From Bacteroidota bacterium (GTDB taxonomy: Bacteria; Bacteroidota; Bacteroidia; Chitinophagales; Chitinophagaceae): a stretch of DNA of 64,000 nucleotides. The stretch lies in contig JAEWHC010000005.1 of the NCBI GenBank assembly GCA_023387985.1, positions 519,008-583,007 on the forward strand. Direction: 5' to 3'. The position numbers were made by a program, and so were the translations under genes. Numbering within the stretch: position 1 is the first letter of the stretch; the number at the start of each line of letters is the position of its first letter. This document shows positions 20,441 to 30,502 of this stretch, piece after piece. The notes beneath the pieces were generated by a model that made no database searches, had not been told where the DNA came from, and worked only from the letters and a program-made list of their open reading frames with translations.

Positions 20441-22390
20441 CTAATCCAATGTAATTATCGGGCTTTTTTTTGCTTCCATTAGTTTTACACTGCGTTCTAT
20501 AAACTGAGACAATTCCTCACCTTTTAGTATGCCCTGGCTCAACAAGGCAAGATCCACAAGGTTCCTGCTCATATTTTCTTTCTTTTCCGTATCGTTTTCA
20601 TTCAGGATCTGCTGGTGGATCGGGTGGTTCCCGTTAAGCGTTATGTTGACTTCATCCGGCATTTTGGCGTAAAAATCCATCATGCCTCCGCCACCTAAAG
20701 CTGCCATATCTTTCATCCTTCTGCTCCACTCAGGCCGGGTGGCAATAACCGGAGCTGCATCTTCACTCAGTCCTTTCACCTCCACTACAGCCTGTTCATT
20801 TTTCATTAGGCCTTTGAACAGGTCCACCAGTGAGCTGGATTGTTCAAGGCTGAGTACTGACTGATATTCCTGGCCTTTATCCACCAGGTTCTCAGCAATA
20901 TCCGCGTCCACACGCACAAACTGCACATTGTCCAATTTGTGCTCCATCTGCCCCACCCAACTCGGATCAATCAGATCATTGAGCTTGATCACTTTAAAAC
21001 CTCTTTTCTTTGCGGCCTGCAGGTAAGTATTTTGCTGAACCGGATCGGAAGTATATATCACTACTGTTTTACCATCTTTGTTTACCTGTGCAGATTCCAC
21101 CTCTTTTTTGTATTCATCAAGGGTGTAAAATTTATCTTCGCCTGCATCCTGGAATATAACGAACTTTTTAGCTTTATCAAAGAATTTTTCATCTGTAAGC
21201 ATTCCATATTTTACAAACAATCCAAGGCTCTCCCATTTGGACTCAAAATCGGCTCTTTCATTTTTGAAGATCTCTTCCAGTTTATCCGCAACTTTTTTGG
21301 TGATGTGATTGTTGATCTTTTTCACATTTGGATCTCCCTGGAGGTAACTGCGGCTAACGTTAAGCGGAATATCCGGGCTGTCAATCACCCCATGCAAAAG
21401 CATTAGAAATTCCGGAACAATATCCTTTACTTCATCCGTTACAAATACCTGGTTGCTGTACAGTTGTATTTTATCCTTCTGGATTTCATAGCTCTGCTTG
21501 ATCCTGGGGAAGTAAAGGATGCCATTCAGCGTAAAGGGATAATCCACATTGAGATGTATCCAGAATAAAGGTGTTTCGCTGAATGGTCCATAGAGTTCCT
21601 TATAGAAGTTCTCGTAGTCTTCTTTAGAAAGGTCGGCGGGCTTTCTTACCCATGCCGGGTTGGTATTGTTAATGGGCTTTTTCTCTTCAATTTCTTCGAT
21701 CACTTCCCCATCATCACCCTCTTTTTTCTCTTGTTCTTTCTTTTGCTCCGCAAGTTCTTTTTCAGCTTCCAGGTCGGTGAAATAAACAGGCACCGGGAGA
21801 AATTTTCCAAATTTCTCCAGAATGGATTGCACCCGCCAACCATCAAGAAATTCTTCACTTTCCTTGTTTATATGTAAGCGGATCTCGGTTCCTCTTTCTG
21901 CGCGTTCACTCGTAGGTTCTAGGATATATTCGGGGCTGCCGTCACATTCCCACCGCACGGCTTCAGCGTCTGGCTTCCGGCTTTTGGTAAAAACTTCCAC
22001 TTTGTCAGCAACCATAAAGGAGCTGTAGAATCCCAAGCCAAAATGCCCGATAATAGAGGTTTCTGATTGCCCTTTGTATTTTTCCAGGAATTCTTCGGCG
22101 GAACTGAACGCCACCTGGTTGAGAAATTTATCAACTTCCTCCCCGGTCATACCTATTCCCCGGTCGAAAATGCTGATGGTTTTATTGGATTTATCCAGCA
22201 CTACATCAATTCTGAGTTCACCAAGTTCACCTTTAAATTCACCCACATTTGCAAGCGTTTGCATTTTATGTGTGGCATCCACTGCGTTACTCACCAGCTC
22301 GCGGATGAAAATTTCATGGTCGCTGTAGAGGAATTTCTTAATAATGGGAAAGATATTTTCTGAACTTACCCGTATTTGTCCTTTAGTCAT
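20441..22390 (-). CDS. htpG: Chaperone HtpG (Hsp90)
   Basis: FIRELVSNAVDA, DRGIGM, IGHFGLGFYS, PLNVSRS. Confidence 0.97.
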   Translation of the reverse strand: MTKGQIRVSSENIFPIIKKFLYSDHEIFIRELVSNAVDATHKMQTLANVGEFKGELGELRIDVVLDKSNKTISIFDRGIGMTGEEVDKFLNQVAFSSAEEFLEKYKGQSETSIIGHFGLGFYSSFMVADKVEVFTKSRKPDAEAVRWECDGSPEYILEPTSERAERGTEIRLHINKESEEFLDGWRVQSILEKFGKFLPVPVYFTDLEAEKELAEQKKEQEKKEGDDGEVIEEIEEKKPINNTNPAWVRKPADLSKEDYENFYKELYGPFSETPLFWIHLNVDYPFTLNGILYFPRIKQSYEIQKDKIQLYSNQVFVTDEVKDIVPEFLMLLHGVIDSPDIPLNVSRSYLQGDPNVKKINNHITKKVADKLEEIFKNERADFESKWESLGLFVKYGMLTDEKFFDKAKKFVIFQDAGEDKFYTLDEYKKEVESAQVNKDGKTVVIYTSDPVQQNTYLQAAKKRGFKVIKLNDLIDPSWVGQMEHKLDNVQFVRVDADIAENLVDKGQEYQSVLSLEQSSSLVDLFKGLMKNEQAVVEVKGLSEDAAPVIATRPEWSRRMKDMAALGGGGMMDFYAKMPDEVNITLNGNHPIHQQILNENDTEKKENMSRNLVDLALLSQGILKGEELSQFIERSVKLMEAKKSPIITLD

Positions 22391-22446
22391 ATTTTTTTAA
22401 TTTTAATAATAGTTATCATTCGCAGACAATCAGGAATATAAAAGTT

Positions 22447-22460
22447 TCAAAGGATGTGCC
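22447..22460 (-). promoter_or_regulatory. Sigma54-like -24/-12 element upstream of htpG
   Basis: Minus strand GGCAC-ATCCT-TTGA (consensus GGCAC-N5-TTGC). Confidence 0.45.
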
Positions 22461-22546
22461 GGGTGAAGCATGACTGACAAAATTTCTGAATAATTGTCAA
22501 TGCTGATCCGAAAAACATTTTTCGAACGGCGGATTGCTTGCAAAAG

Positions 22547-22580
22547 AAAATGCCAACCTGGTTTAGGCTGGCATTTTTTT
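22547..22580. terminator. Terminator after susD
   Basis: AAAATGCCAACCT-ggttt-AGGCTGGCATTTT. Confidence 0.7.
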
Positions 22581-22597
22581 ATCTTGTCAGAAACAGT

Positions 22598-24202
22598 TTA
22601 GTACTGAGGATTCTGTACGATTACCGGATTCTGGGTGATTTCATCTACAGGGATGGGCCAAATGAAACGATAGTCACTGTAGGGAATTGCAGGCCAGGTC
22701 GGATTAACAGCAACACCAATTCCATAAATGGCAGCGCCATCAGCGCCGTTGGGCAATTTTGCAGGGATACCGGCAATTCTTACTTCAGCTACAGGATCAT
22801 TGGAAAGCCTGTGTATATCATGCCAGCGTTTTCCTTCCATTGCGAATTCAAAACGACGCTCGAGCAAAATCGCTTTCAGCAAATCGGTAGCATTTGCAAA
22901 AGCAGAATATTGCTGAGTTGCGGGATTTGCAAGGCTCCGGTTACGTACTACGTTAAGCAGGTCGAGTGCTCTGGCCGTATTATTCAATCTGGCTTCACAT
23001 TCAGCAAGCATAAGCAGGACCTCGGCATAGCGGAAAATGGGGTTATTGCTTCCACGTTGTACATAGTCACGATATTTGGTGGTCATAACGCTTTGGTTGC
23101 CCGCAGCATTTGATCCCATTGCATAAAGGGTGGTACGACGCTCATCATCAGCCAGCCATTCAGAACGATTCCAAATGATGGGAGAAATGGCGACGAGACC
23201 ACGACCACCCAGGTTGGCGGGGCCGTACATGGCTGGTAGGGCACCATTCACGTTGGGATTATCCAGCGGATCATTTTTGATGGTAAAGATATTCTCTGAG
23301 GATACGCTGTTTGAAGCAAATGCATCTTCGGGAGAAGCGGTAAGCGCATAACCTCCAATGGGACTAATAACCGAAGTGGGACTTAATGGATTTACGGATG
23401 CCGGAACCAGTTTATCACCCTCGGCTTTTGCTTCCTGAAAACGGCCCATATGCATCAATACCCTCATTTTTAAGGTAATTGCTGCTCCTTTTTCGGCGCG
23501 GATTTTGCGAAGAGAAGCTGTAGGTTGCTGTTCGGGCAAATCGGCAATGGCCGCATCCAGATCTTCCAGGATTCTTTGATAAGTGAAGGAAACTTTTGGT
23601 CTTGCATCAGCCCTTACTGCATCTACAGCGGCACCGGAATTCACCGGGAAATCACGGTAGTTTACTCCCAAATTCTCACCATTTCCATCGAGGTATGGGC
23701 GGGCAAAATGCATCAAAAGTTCATGATGCGAAAGGGCCCGAAGGAACTTCATTTCCGCAATGGCGCGGGTAGCTACGTCCTGGGCAATAATTCCACCATC
23801 AAGAGCTTTTTGAATGCCTTCGATGGCCACATTCGCAAAGTTGATCAGGCGGTAGGTTGAATTGTAGTGGTTCACATTATTGGCCGAAGAAGGCGTGTAT
23901 GTACTTTGATAGGTAATTTGATAGAATGCCTGGAGATTTACCACATCTTCTCCACGGTTGTCCCCTTGTTCTACGTTGGCAGCGCCAAAGGGATAACCCC
24001 GGTCAATTGCACCATTATAGAATCCACTCTGGGCGGCATCATATACTCCATTAATGGCCAGGTTTACACGCTCAGGCGTGGTGAACACGCTTTCATCGGT
24101 AAAGGCGTTATATGGCGCCAGTTCCAATTGCTTCTCACATGCCGCCAGGCCAATAACCATTGCGGCAACGATGGAAACAGATCTTATATTCAGTATTTTC
24201 AT
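22598..24202 (-). CDS. SusD/RagB family lipoprotein
   Basis: Lipobox LAAC; FRYAEVLLMLAE, LNVVRNR, ERRFEFAMEG.RW.D, WPIP. Confidence 0.93.
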   Translation of the reverse strand: MKILNIRSVSIVAAMVIGLAACEKQLELAPYNAFTDESVFTTPERVNLAINGVYDAAQSGFYNGAIDRGYPFGAANVEQGDNRGEDVVNLQAFYQITYQSTYTPSSANNVNHYNSTYRLINFANVAIEGIQKALDGGIIAQDVATRAIAEMKFLRALSHHELLMHFARPYLDGNGENLGVNYRDFPVNSGAAVDAVRADARPKVSFTYQRILEDLDAAIADLPEQQPTASLRKIRAEKGAAITLKMRVLMHMGRFQEAKAEGDKLVPASVNPLSPTSVISPIGGYALTASPEDAFASNSVSSENIFTIKNDPLDNPNVNGALPAMYGPANLGGRGLVAISPIIWNRSEWLADDERRTTLYAMGSNAAGNQSVMTTKYRDYVQRGSNNPIFRYAEVLLMLAECEARLNNTARALDLLNVVRNRSLANPATQQYSAFANATDLLKAILLERRFEFAMEGKRWHDIHRLSNDPVAEVRIAGIPAKLPNGADGAAIYGIGVAVNPTWPAIPYSDYRFIWPIPVDEITQNPVIVQNPQY

Positions 24203-24233
24203 AAACTTCAAATTTAATTTTAATGATCAAGTG

Positions 24234-27200
24234 TTAGAAAGAAACCTTCAGGCCTCCGGAAAAAATGGTAACCTGGGGTGAAACAGCCCAATCCTGTCCA
24301 AGTTCACTTGCATTCTCAGGATCAGATCCGGTGTATTTTGTCCAGATAAACAGGTTTTGTCCCTGAACAAACACACGTAGACCTGAAACAAATCCGTTGG
24401 TTCCTGTACGTAATCTTTCTGGATTAAAATTGTATCCCACAACCACATTTTGCAGACGCAGATAATCACCGCTTTCTACAAAACGGGAAACTGCAAGGCC
24501 ATTTTGATTGATGGCATTCCCATTTCCACTATACAGTTTCGGTACATTGGTTACCTGTCCGGGGGTTGTCCATCTTTGAAGAATCTCAACACCATTGTTC
24601 TGGAATTGCTGGTTGAGTAAAATTTCCTGGCGGGTCATATTGATGATGGAATTGCCACCGCTGAAACGGAAGAAGAATTCAGCATCAAAATTCTTGTACC
24701 GGAAATTATTGCCAAAGCCTCCAAACCATGTTGGAATGGCTTTGCCCAAAACAGTACGGTCATCAAAGCTAAGGGCTGCACCGGCGGATGCACCAAAGGT
24801 GGGGTCATCGATGCTTTTTGCAAAACGGTAACTGTTTGTAGGCGCGCCGGTAACGGCCCCGGTATTGTGCTGTACAATTTGTCCATCGGCCTTGTAATAC
24901 ATTGGATTGCCATTTGAAGGATTTACCCCGGCAAAACGATAGCCATGAATCACATTGATCGCCTCACCTACCTGAATGATATTAAGCGCACCATTCGGGA
25001 TCAGCTCCACAGGCTCACCTGCAATGCTGTACAATGAGGTGATCTCATTATTTACTGTGGTAAAGTTGGCGTTAAAGCCCCAGGTGAAATCCTGGTTTCT
25101 CACAATGTCTCCACTCAGGGCAAATTCCCAGCCTTTGTTTCTTGAAGTACCAATATTCTGTGAAATGGAATTATTCGGAACACCTGCACTAGGAGGAGTT
25201 GGAACATTCAAAATGATTTCATCAATATCATTCAGGAAGTAATCTACTGTTAAGTTCAACCTGTTATTAAGCAGAGCAGCTTCGAGACCCACGTCCCATT
25301 TTTTACTGCGCTCCCAACTCAATTCGCGGTTACCCACAGAACTTGGCCCAAGGCCCGAAAGGTTACCATAAGGCCGGTTTGCAAAAGTGCTCAGGTATGG
25401 AAATCCTCCCACTGAATTGCCCACCACGGCGTAGGAAGCTTTCAGTTTCAGATCATTTACAGCGGTGGACAAGCCACTGGTTGCCCAGAAATCTTCACCG
25501 GAAATTCTCCAGCCAACCGAGGCCCCCGGGAAGTTGCCATATCGCTTTTCAGGAGCGAGGGCACTCAACCCATCGCGGCGTATTGATGCCTGGAAGAAAT
25601 ATTTATCGGCATAATCATAGTTGAAACGGCCAAACAGGGATTCGATACCGCTTTTGGTGAAGTTACCGCCAACGGATTGAACCTGGGCTGCCCCACTGAT
25701 CACGTTTTCTGAAATAAAGAACCTGTCAGCTACCTGTGTTCCTTGCGCACTAAACCATTTGGTCAGATCCTGTTGCAATTCATGCCCTGCTGTGATATAA
25801 AAGTTATGCTGCCCGGCCGATACATTGTAGTTAATGTAGTTTTGGAATACTGTACGCTGGAAGTTTTGCTGAGCATTATAGGATAAACCCTGGCTGCTGA
25901 AGCCATCTCCATGACGGGGATCCCAGCTGTCGAAGCTATAATCAGACAAGAAGTCAAACGTAAATGTTGACCGATACCTGAAATTCTTGAAAGGGGTAAT
26001 TTCAACAAAAGTATTGTTTACAATACGGTGTTTGTCAGAACTGCCAATATTGTTGCGCAGGGTGAAGGCGGTATTGAAGAAGTTATCATCAACGCCCTGC
26101 CTGTTCGGGGCAGTCCTCAAAGAGTTTGTCAAAGGGTAGTTGATATTGAACCCGGATTCCGTATCATCGGCATAAGGGGAAACATTGGGCAACTGGCGCA
26201 GTGAAGAAGCAATTGCTCCGCCAAGTGAATTCGCACCGTTGTTTTGGTCAAAGTCAATCTGCTTGGCCAGCGTGGCATTGTTGCCCACTTTAATCCAGCG
26301 GTTCAGCTCACTTTCAAAATTAAAGCGAAGGCGGTAAGCGGTATTTTTATTGCTGATGATCACCCCTTGCTGATCAGAATACCCAAAAGATAAATAATAC
26401 AATGATCTGTTGGTACCACCTGCAAAACTCAAATTGTGCGTTTGATTGAAAGCATTGTCCACCATAACTGCTTTTTGCCAGTCTGTGTTTACACCTGGAT
26501 TTTCCACAGCATTAAGACTCAATCCGGCATTACCTCTTTTTTCGTTGGCAATGGTTACAAATTCACTCGCGTTCAACAAATCAAATGTGTTTTTTGGATT
26601 GGTTATGCCCATTGTAACATCGTAATTGATGCGCATACGGTCACGTACACCTTTTTTTGTTGTAATCATAATAACGCCACCGGCAGCACGGCTACCGAAG
26701 ATCGCTGTTGCAGATCCATCTTTCAACACCTCGATATTTTCAATGTCATTTGGATTGATGTCACCAAACGCATTGGTATTGGAAGAAGCGCCCAAATTAC
26801 CGGTTATAAACGGTACCCCATCAACAACAACAAGTGGGGCCAGGTTTCCGGAAATGGAGTTCATACCACGAATACGGATACGGGCGGGGGTATTAACCAG
26901 GCCGCCTGAAGTGGTTACCTGAACACCGGCTGCACGACCGGCCAGCTGCTTATCCACGGAAGGCGTAACCAGGCTCGAAAATTCTTTGGCATCAATTCTT
27001 GAAGCTGCTCCGGTAAATGCACGCCTTTGCTGGGTTCCGTATCCCACAACAACAACCTCATCCAGGTCGCTGGCAGAACGGGCAAGGGCCACAATAATTT
27101 CGGTTTGGGTTCCGATTTCCCGGGTAATGGTTACGTATCCAACGGAACTGAACTGCAAAGCGGAAACTGAAGCAGGTACAGTGATGGTATAGCGTCCATC

Positions 27201-27365
27201 TGAATCGGTTGTTGTAGCGACTGAACTGCCAACCGCAGAAACAGTTACTCCGGATAGCATAGCATCGTCTGAAGCATCGGCAACTCTGCCGGTAATGGTT
27301 TTGGTTTGTGCCCAGGCTTGCGAAACTGCAAACAAAGCCACAAAGAGGAATACAAGTTTTCTCAT
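24234..27365 (-). CDS. SusC/RagA family TonB-dependent receptor
   Basis: LDEVVVVGYG, IRIRG, DIENIEVLKDGSATAIFGSRAAGGVI, C-terminal F. Confidence 0.96.
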   Translation of the reverse strand: MRKLVFLFVALFAVSQAWAQTKTITGRVADASDDAMLSGVTVSAVGSSVATTTDSDGRYTITVPASVSALQFSSVGYVTITREIGTQTEIIVALARSASDLDEVVVVGYGTQQRRAFTGAASRIDAKEFSSLVTPSVDKQLAGRAAGVQVTTSGGLVNTPARIRIRGMNSISGNLAPLVVVDGVPFITGNLGASSNTNAFGDINPNDIENIEVLKDGSATAIFGSRAAGGVIMITTKKGVRDRMRINYDVTMGITNPKNTFDLLNASEFVTIANEKRGNAGLSLNAVENPGVNTDWQKAVMVDNAFNQTHNLSFAGGTNRSLYYLSFGYSDQQGVIISNKNTAYRLRFNFESELNRWIKVGNNATLAKQIDFDQNNGANSLGGAIASSLRQLPNVSPYADDTESGFNINYPLTNSLRTAPNRQGVDDNFFNTAFTLRNNIGSSDKHRIVNNTFVEITPFKNFRYRSTFTFDFLSDYSFDSWDPRHGDGFSSQGLSYNAQQNFQRTVFQNYINYNVSAGQHNFYITAGHELQQDLTKWFSAQGTQVADRFFISENVISGAAQVQSVGGNFTKSGIESLFGRFNYDYADKYFFQASIRRDGLSALAPEKRYGNFPGASVGWRISGEDFWATSGLSTAVNDLKLKASYAVVGNSVGGFPYLSTFANRPYGNLSGLGPSSVGNRELSWERSKKWDVGLEAALLNNRLNLTVDYFLNDIDEIILNVPTPPSAGVPNNSISQNIGTSRNKGWEFALSGDIVRNQDFTWGFNANFTTVNNEITSLYSIAGEPVELIPNGALNIIQVGEAINVIHGYRFAGVNPSNGNPMYYKADGQIVQHNTGAVTGAPTNSYRFAKSIDDPTFGASAGAALSFDDRTVLGKAIPTWFGGFGNNFRYKNFDAEFFFRFSGGNSIINMTRQEILLNQQFQNNGVEILQRWTTPGQVTNVPKLYSGNGNAINQNGLAVSRFVESGDYLRLQNVVVGYNFNPERLRTGTNGFVSGLRVFVQGQNLFIWTKYTGSDPENASELGQDWAVSPQVTIFSGGLKVSF

Positions 27366-27678
27366 ACTATGGGGTTTAATTACTAAAAAAATTTAGTGTT
27401 TATGTGATTGAACGCAACCTTGTCAGTTTGTTCAAAAAGCGCGTTTTGTGAAAGAAATTTATTGTTTTGGCTAAAAAAATCTAAGTTTTAGTCAGTTTTG
27501 GTTTGTAAAATAAGACAGTAATAAATTTTATTATGCTGCGCGAAAATGAACAATTTAAGTTACCTGTAACAAGGATTAAGGATTCATTAACATTTTAGGT
27601 ACATCCGGGGGAAAATCCCAGGCAGATCTGAATTCCCATTTTATCGTTTTCTCATGAGGATATACTGTCCTCATTTCT

Positions 27679-28536
27679 TCAATAACGTCTCAGCTTGTTC
27701 TGTTTATGCCACATATACACAAGGATCAACCCCACAATTGCCCCACCCAGGTGGGCCCATCGGGCAATGTTATCACCTGCGCTGTTGCGGATAGCCATGC
27801 TCAGTTCAAAAACCATGTAAAGCAATACAAACCATTTGGCTTTGATAGGAATAAAAAAGTAGAGATAGATGTACGTATTGGGAAAAAGAAATCCAAATGC
27901 GGCGAGACAACCGAACACTGCGCCACTTGCACCCAGCGTAGGCTGGCTCAGCCGGAAATTCACATGATCGGTAGCCGAGGCTACCGCTTGTTCCATCAAC
28001 TGGAGGTTATTGGGTTCGGCCTGCCAGGCCCGGGCAATCCGGTAAGCCGTATTTCCCCCATACCCTCCTTCTGCACGAAATTGATTGTAAAACCGGATAA
28101 ACCCATCAAGGGTTGGATTCTCCTTAAAATCTGTAAAAGAGGCCAGTAGTTGAATATTTTCATACCATAAAAAACCCAGGTGCAACAGCGCGGCACCAAG
28201 GCCGCAAACCAGGTAGAATATCAGAAAACGCCTTGGCCCCCACATGTTTTCCAACACACTGCCAAACATCCATAGCGCGAACATATTGCTGAAAATATGC
28301 ATCAGGCTGCCATGCATAAACATATGGGTGATCAATTGCCAGGGTTTGAACAGATGCGAATAGAAATGATGCAAGGCAAAAGTATCCGCCATGTATCCCA
28401 CTTTTACATCCAACCCTCCACCGGGAAAGATGCCGTCAAAAGTGATCTGCGCCAAAAAAACAATGGCGTTGATGATCAGCAGGTTTTTAATGATCACCGG
28501 CAGAATCTGAAAATTTCCGGGGCGGAATTGCGTCAT
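27679..28536 (-). CDS. Rhomboid intramembrane serine protease
   Basis: HMFMHG..HI..NM, GASG catalytic Ser, AHLGG catalytic His. Confidence 0.92.
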   Translation of the reverse strand: MTQFRPGNFQILPVIIKNLLIINAIVFLAQITFDGIFPGGGLDVKVGYMADTFALHHFYSHLFKPWQLITHMFMHGSLMHIFSNMFALWMFGSVLENMWGPRRFLIFYLVCGLGAALLHLGFLWYENIQLLASFTDFKENPTLDGFIRFYNQFRAEGGYGGNTAYRIARAWQAEPNNLQLMEQAVASATDHVNFRLSQPTLGASGAVFGCLAAFGFLFPNTYIYLYFFIPIKAKWFVLLYMVFELSMAIRNSAGDNIARWAHLGGAIVGLILVYMWHKQNKLRRY

Positions 28537-28545
28537 ACTATGCAA

Positions 28546-28568
28546 TAAAAAAGGGCAAGTGCGCCCTT
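28546..28568 (-). terminator. Terminator downstream of the tRNA
   Basis: Minus strand AAGGGC-gcactt-GCCCTT running into a T-run. Confidence 0.5.
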
Positions 28569-28587
28569 GTTGTTTTTCGAAAAACTG

Positions 28588-28661
28588 TGGACCCTGCCGG
28601 GCTCGAACCAGCGACCCTCTGATTATGAGTCAGATGCTCTAACCACCTGAGCTAAGGGTCC
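28588..28661 (-). tRNA. tRNA with CAT anticodon (probably Ile2/lysidine; elongator Met not excluded); CCA not encoded
   Basis: GGACCCTTAGCTCAGGTGGTTAGAGCATCTGACTCATAATCAGAGGGTCGCTGGTTCGAGCCCGGCAGGGTCCA folds as a cloverleaf; G1-C72 pair excludes fMet; TACATTTG box at 28683-28690. Confidence 0.93.
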
Positions 28662-28747
28662 GTCGGCTTATTTGCCGGGCTGCAAATGTAGGCGGTTTTG
28701 AAATAAATCAAGTAGCTATAGCATTTTGCTGTCAAATATTTTAAAGA

Positions 28748-29956
28748 TTAATTCAACACGCCCAGCGCTTTACCCACCTTACTGAAAGCTGCAATGGCTT
28801 TATCCAGGTGGTGCTGTTCATGGGCGGCGCTCAATTGCACCCGTATGCGGGCCTGTCCGCGTGGAACCACCGGAAAAAAGAAACCAACCACATAAATGCC
28901 CTCTTCAAGCATGCGGCTTGCAAATTGTTGCGCCAGCACGGCGTCATATAACATCACCGGTACAATGGGGTGATCTCCCGGCTTAATGTCAAATCCTGCT
29001 TCCGTCATTTTCTCACGGAAATAGCGGGTATTGTCCTCCAGCTTGTCGCGCAAATGGGTGGTTTCTGAAAGCATATTCAGTACGGCTATGCTTGCACCCA
29101 CGATACTCGGGGCTAAGGTATTGCTGAAGAGGTATGGCCTGCTGCGCTGCCGGAGCATTTCAACGATTTCTTTGCGTCCACTGGTAAACCCGCCACTTGC
29201 TCCACCCAGGGCTTTTCCAAGCGTTCCGGTTATAATGTCTACGCGGCCCATTACATTGCGGTATTCATGTGTTCCCCGGCCTGTCTTGCCCAGGAAACCA
29301 CTGCTATGGCATTCATCGATCATAACCACCGCGTCGTATTTATCCGCTAGTTCACAAATTTTATCGAGTTGGGCGATGGTTCCATCCATACTGAAACTGC
29401 CATCGGTGACAATGATCCGGCTTCTGCAGGAAGCGGATTCCTGCAGTTTGGATTCAAGATCTTCCATGTCGTTGTGGTTGTAACGGAAACGCTGTGCCTT
29501 GCTCAACCGCACACCATCTATAATCGAGGCATGGTTAAGGGCGTCGCTGATGATGGCATCCTCCTCACCAAACAGGGGTTCAAACACACCGCCGTTCGCA
29601 TCAAAAGCAGCGGCGTACAAAATGGTATCCTCTGTACCCAGGAATTTGCTGATCTTCTGCTCCAGCTCTTTGTGGATGTCCTGTGTGCCGCAAATAAATC
29701 TTACAGAACTCATGCCATAGCCATGCGCATCAATGGTTTTCTTCGCAGCCTCAATCACCTCCGGATGGCTGCTCAGGCCAAGGTAATTATTTGCACAAAA
29801 GTTCAATACCTTTTGAATTGTGCCGTCCTTGCCGGGCACCTCGATCTCTATTTCAGCACCCTGAGGCGTGGTGATCACCCGTTCCCGCTTAAACAAGCCG
29901 CTTGCATCAATCTCCTGTAATTCAGCACCGATCCTGGTTACAAATTTCTCATTCAT
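28748..29956 (-). CDS. kbl: Glycine C-acetyltransferase
   Basis: [47 protein letters not shown]. Confidence 0.96.
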   Translation of the reverse strand: MNEKFVTRIGAELQEIDASGLFKRERVITTPQGAEIEIEVPGKDGTIQKVLNFCANNYLGLSSHPEVIEAAKKTIDAHGYGMSSVRFICGTQDIHKELEQKISKFLGTEDTILYAAAFDANGGVFEPLFGEEDAIISDALNHASIIDGVRLSKAQRFRYNHNDMEDLESKLQESASCRSRIIVTDGSFSMDGTIAQLDKICELADKYDAVVMIDECHSSGFLGKTGRGTHEYRNVMGRVDIITGTLGKALGGASGGFTSGRKEIVEMLRQRSRPYLFSNTLAPSIVGASIAVLNMLSETTHLRDKLEDNTRYFREKMTEAGFDIKPGDHPIVPVMLYDAVLAQQFASRMLEEGIYVVGFFFPVVPRGQARIRVQLSAAHEQHHLDKAIAAFSKVGKALGVLN

Positions 29957-30228
29957 GGTCTCTTATTCATTGGTTTGAAATGGTTACTTGAAATTCACCT
30001 GCTAAATTACCATTTGCAGGGCTAAGAAAGTGAACAGTAAAGAGAAATATCCCACAAGCAGTCTTTGAAAATGCCAATCCCATAAAACCCATATCGCTGG
30101 CAGGATAAATGGTGAAGATTTTGAATTTTTTACCGTTCATAAAATTAATATTAAGTTTAAGGTGTGCGGAATGCAGATCTTAGGCATTTTCTTATATTTG
30201 TACCCGATCCCTTTAAAAACTGCACAAC

Positions 30229-30435
30229 ATGAAACGGCTTTTTTTTAAAACCAGCGTCCAAATCACCATCGGGCTAATCCTCGCCATTGCTTTTTACTGG
30301 GTTTGGCACGATGCACACATGGTTGCGCCAAAAGTGGCTGGTCATTTTTTTAGTCCCCCTATTGATACGGAAACCATTCAAACCAATGTCAATCTCCGCG
30401 GCTTAAGTCGCCACCTGCTCGATTTTTTCAAATAA
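30229..30435 (+). CDS. Small hypothetical membrane protein (68 aa)
   Basis: One N-terminal hydrophobic helix; TATATTTG box at 30193-30200; A-rich leader. Confidence 0.5.
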   Translation: MKRLFFKTSVQITIGLILAIAFYWVWHDAHMVAPKVAGHFFSPPIDTETIQTNVNLRGLSRHLLDFFK

Positions 30436-30502
30436 GATTTTCTTTTTCTCCTTTAAACACCTTAGTTTTTGTGTAATTTCATCGCTATTCAAATAAATAG
30501 CA

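Noticed and set aside
28537..28747. tRNA as an integration site
   Set aside because: No integrase, duplicated tRNA 3' end or composition shift noticed; flanks are housekeeping genes.
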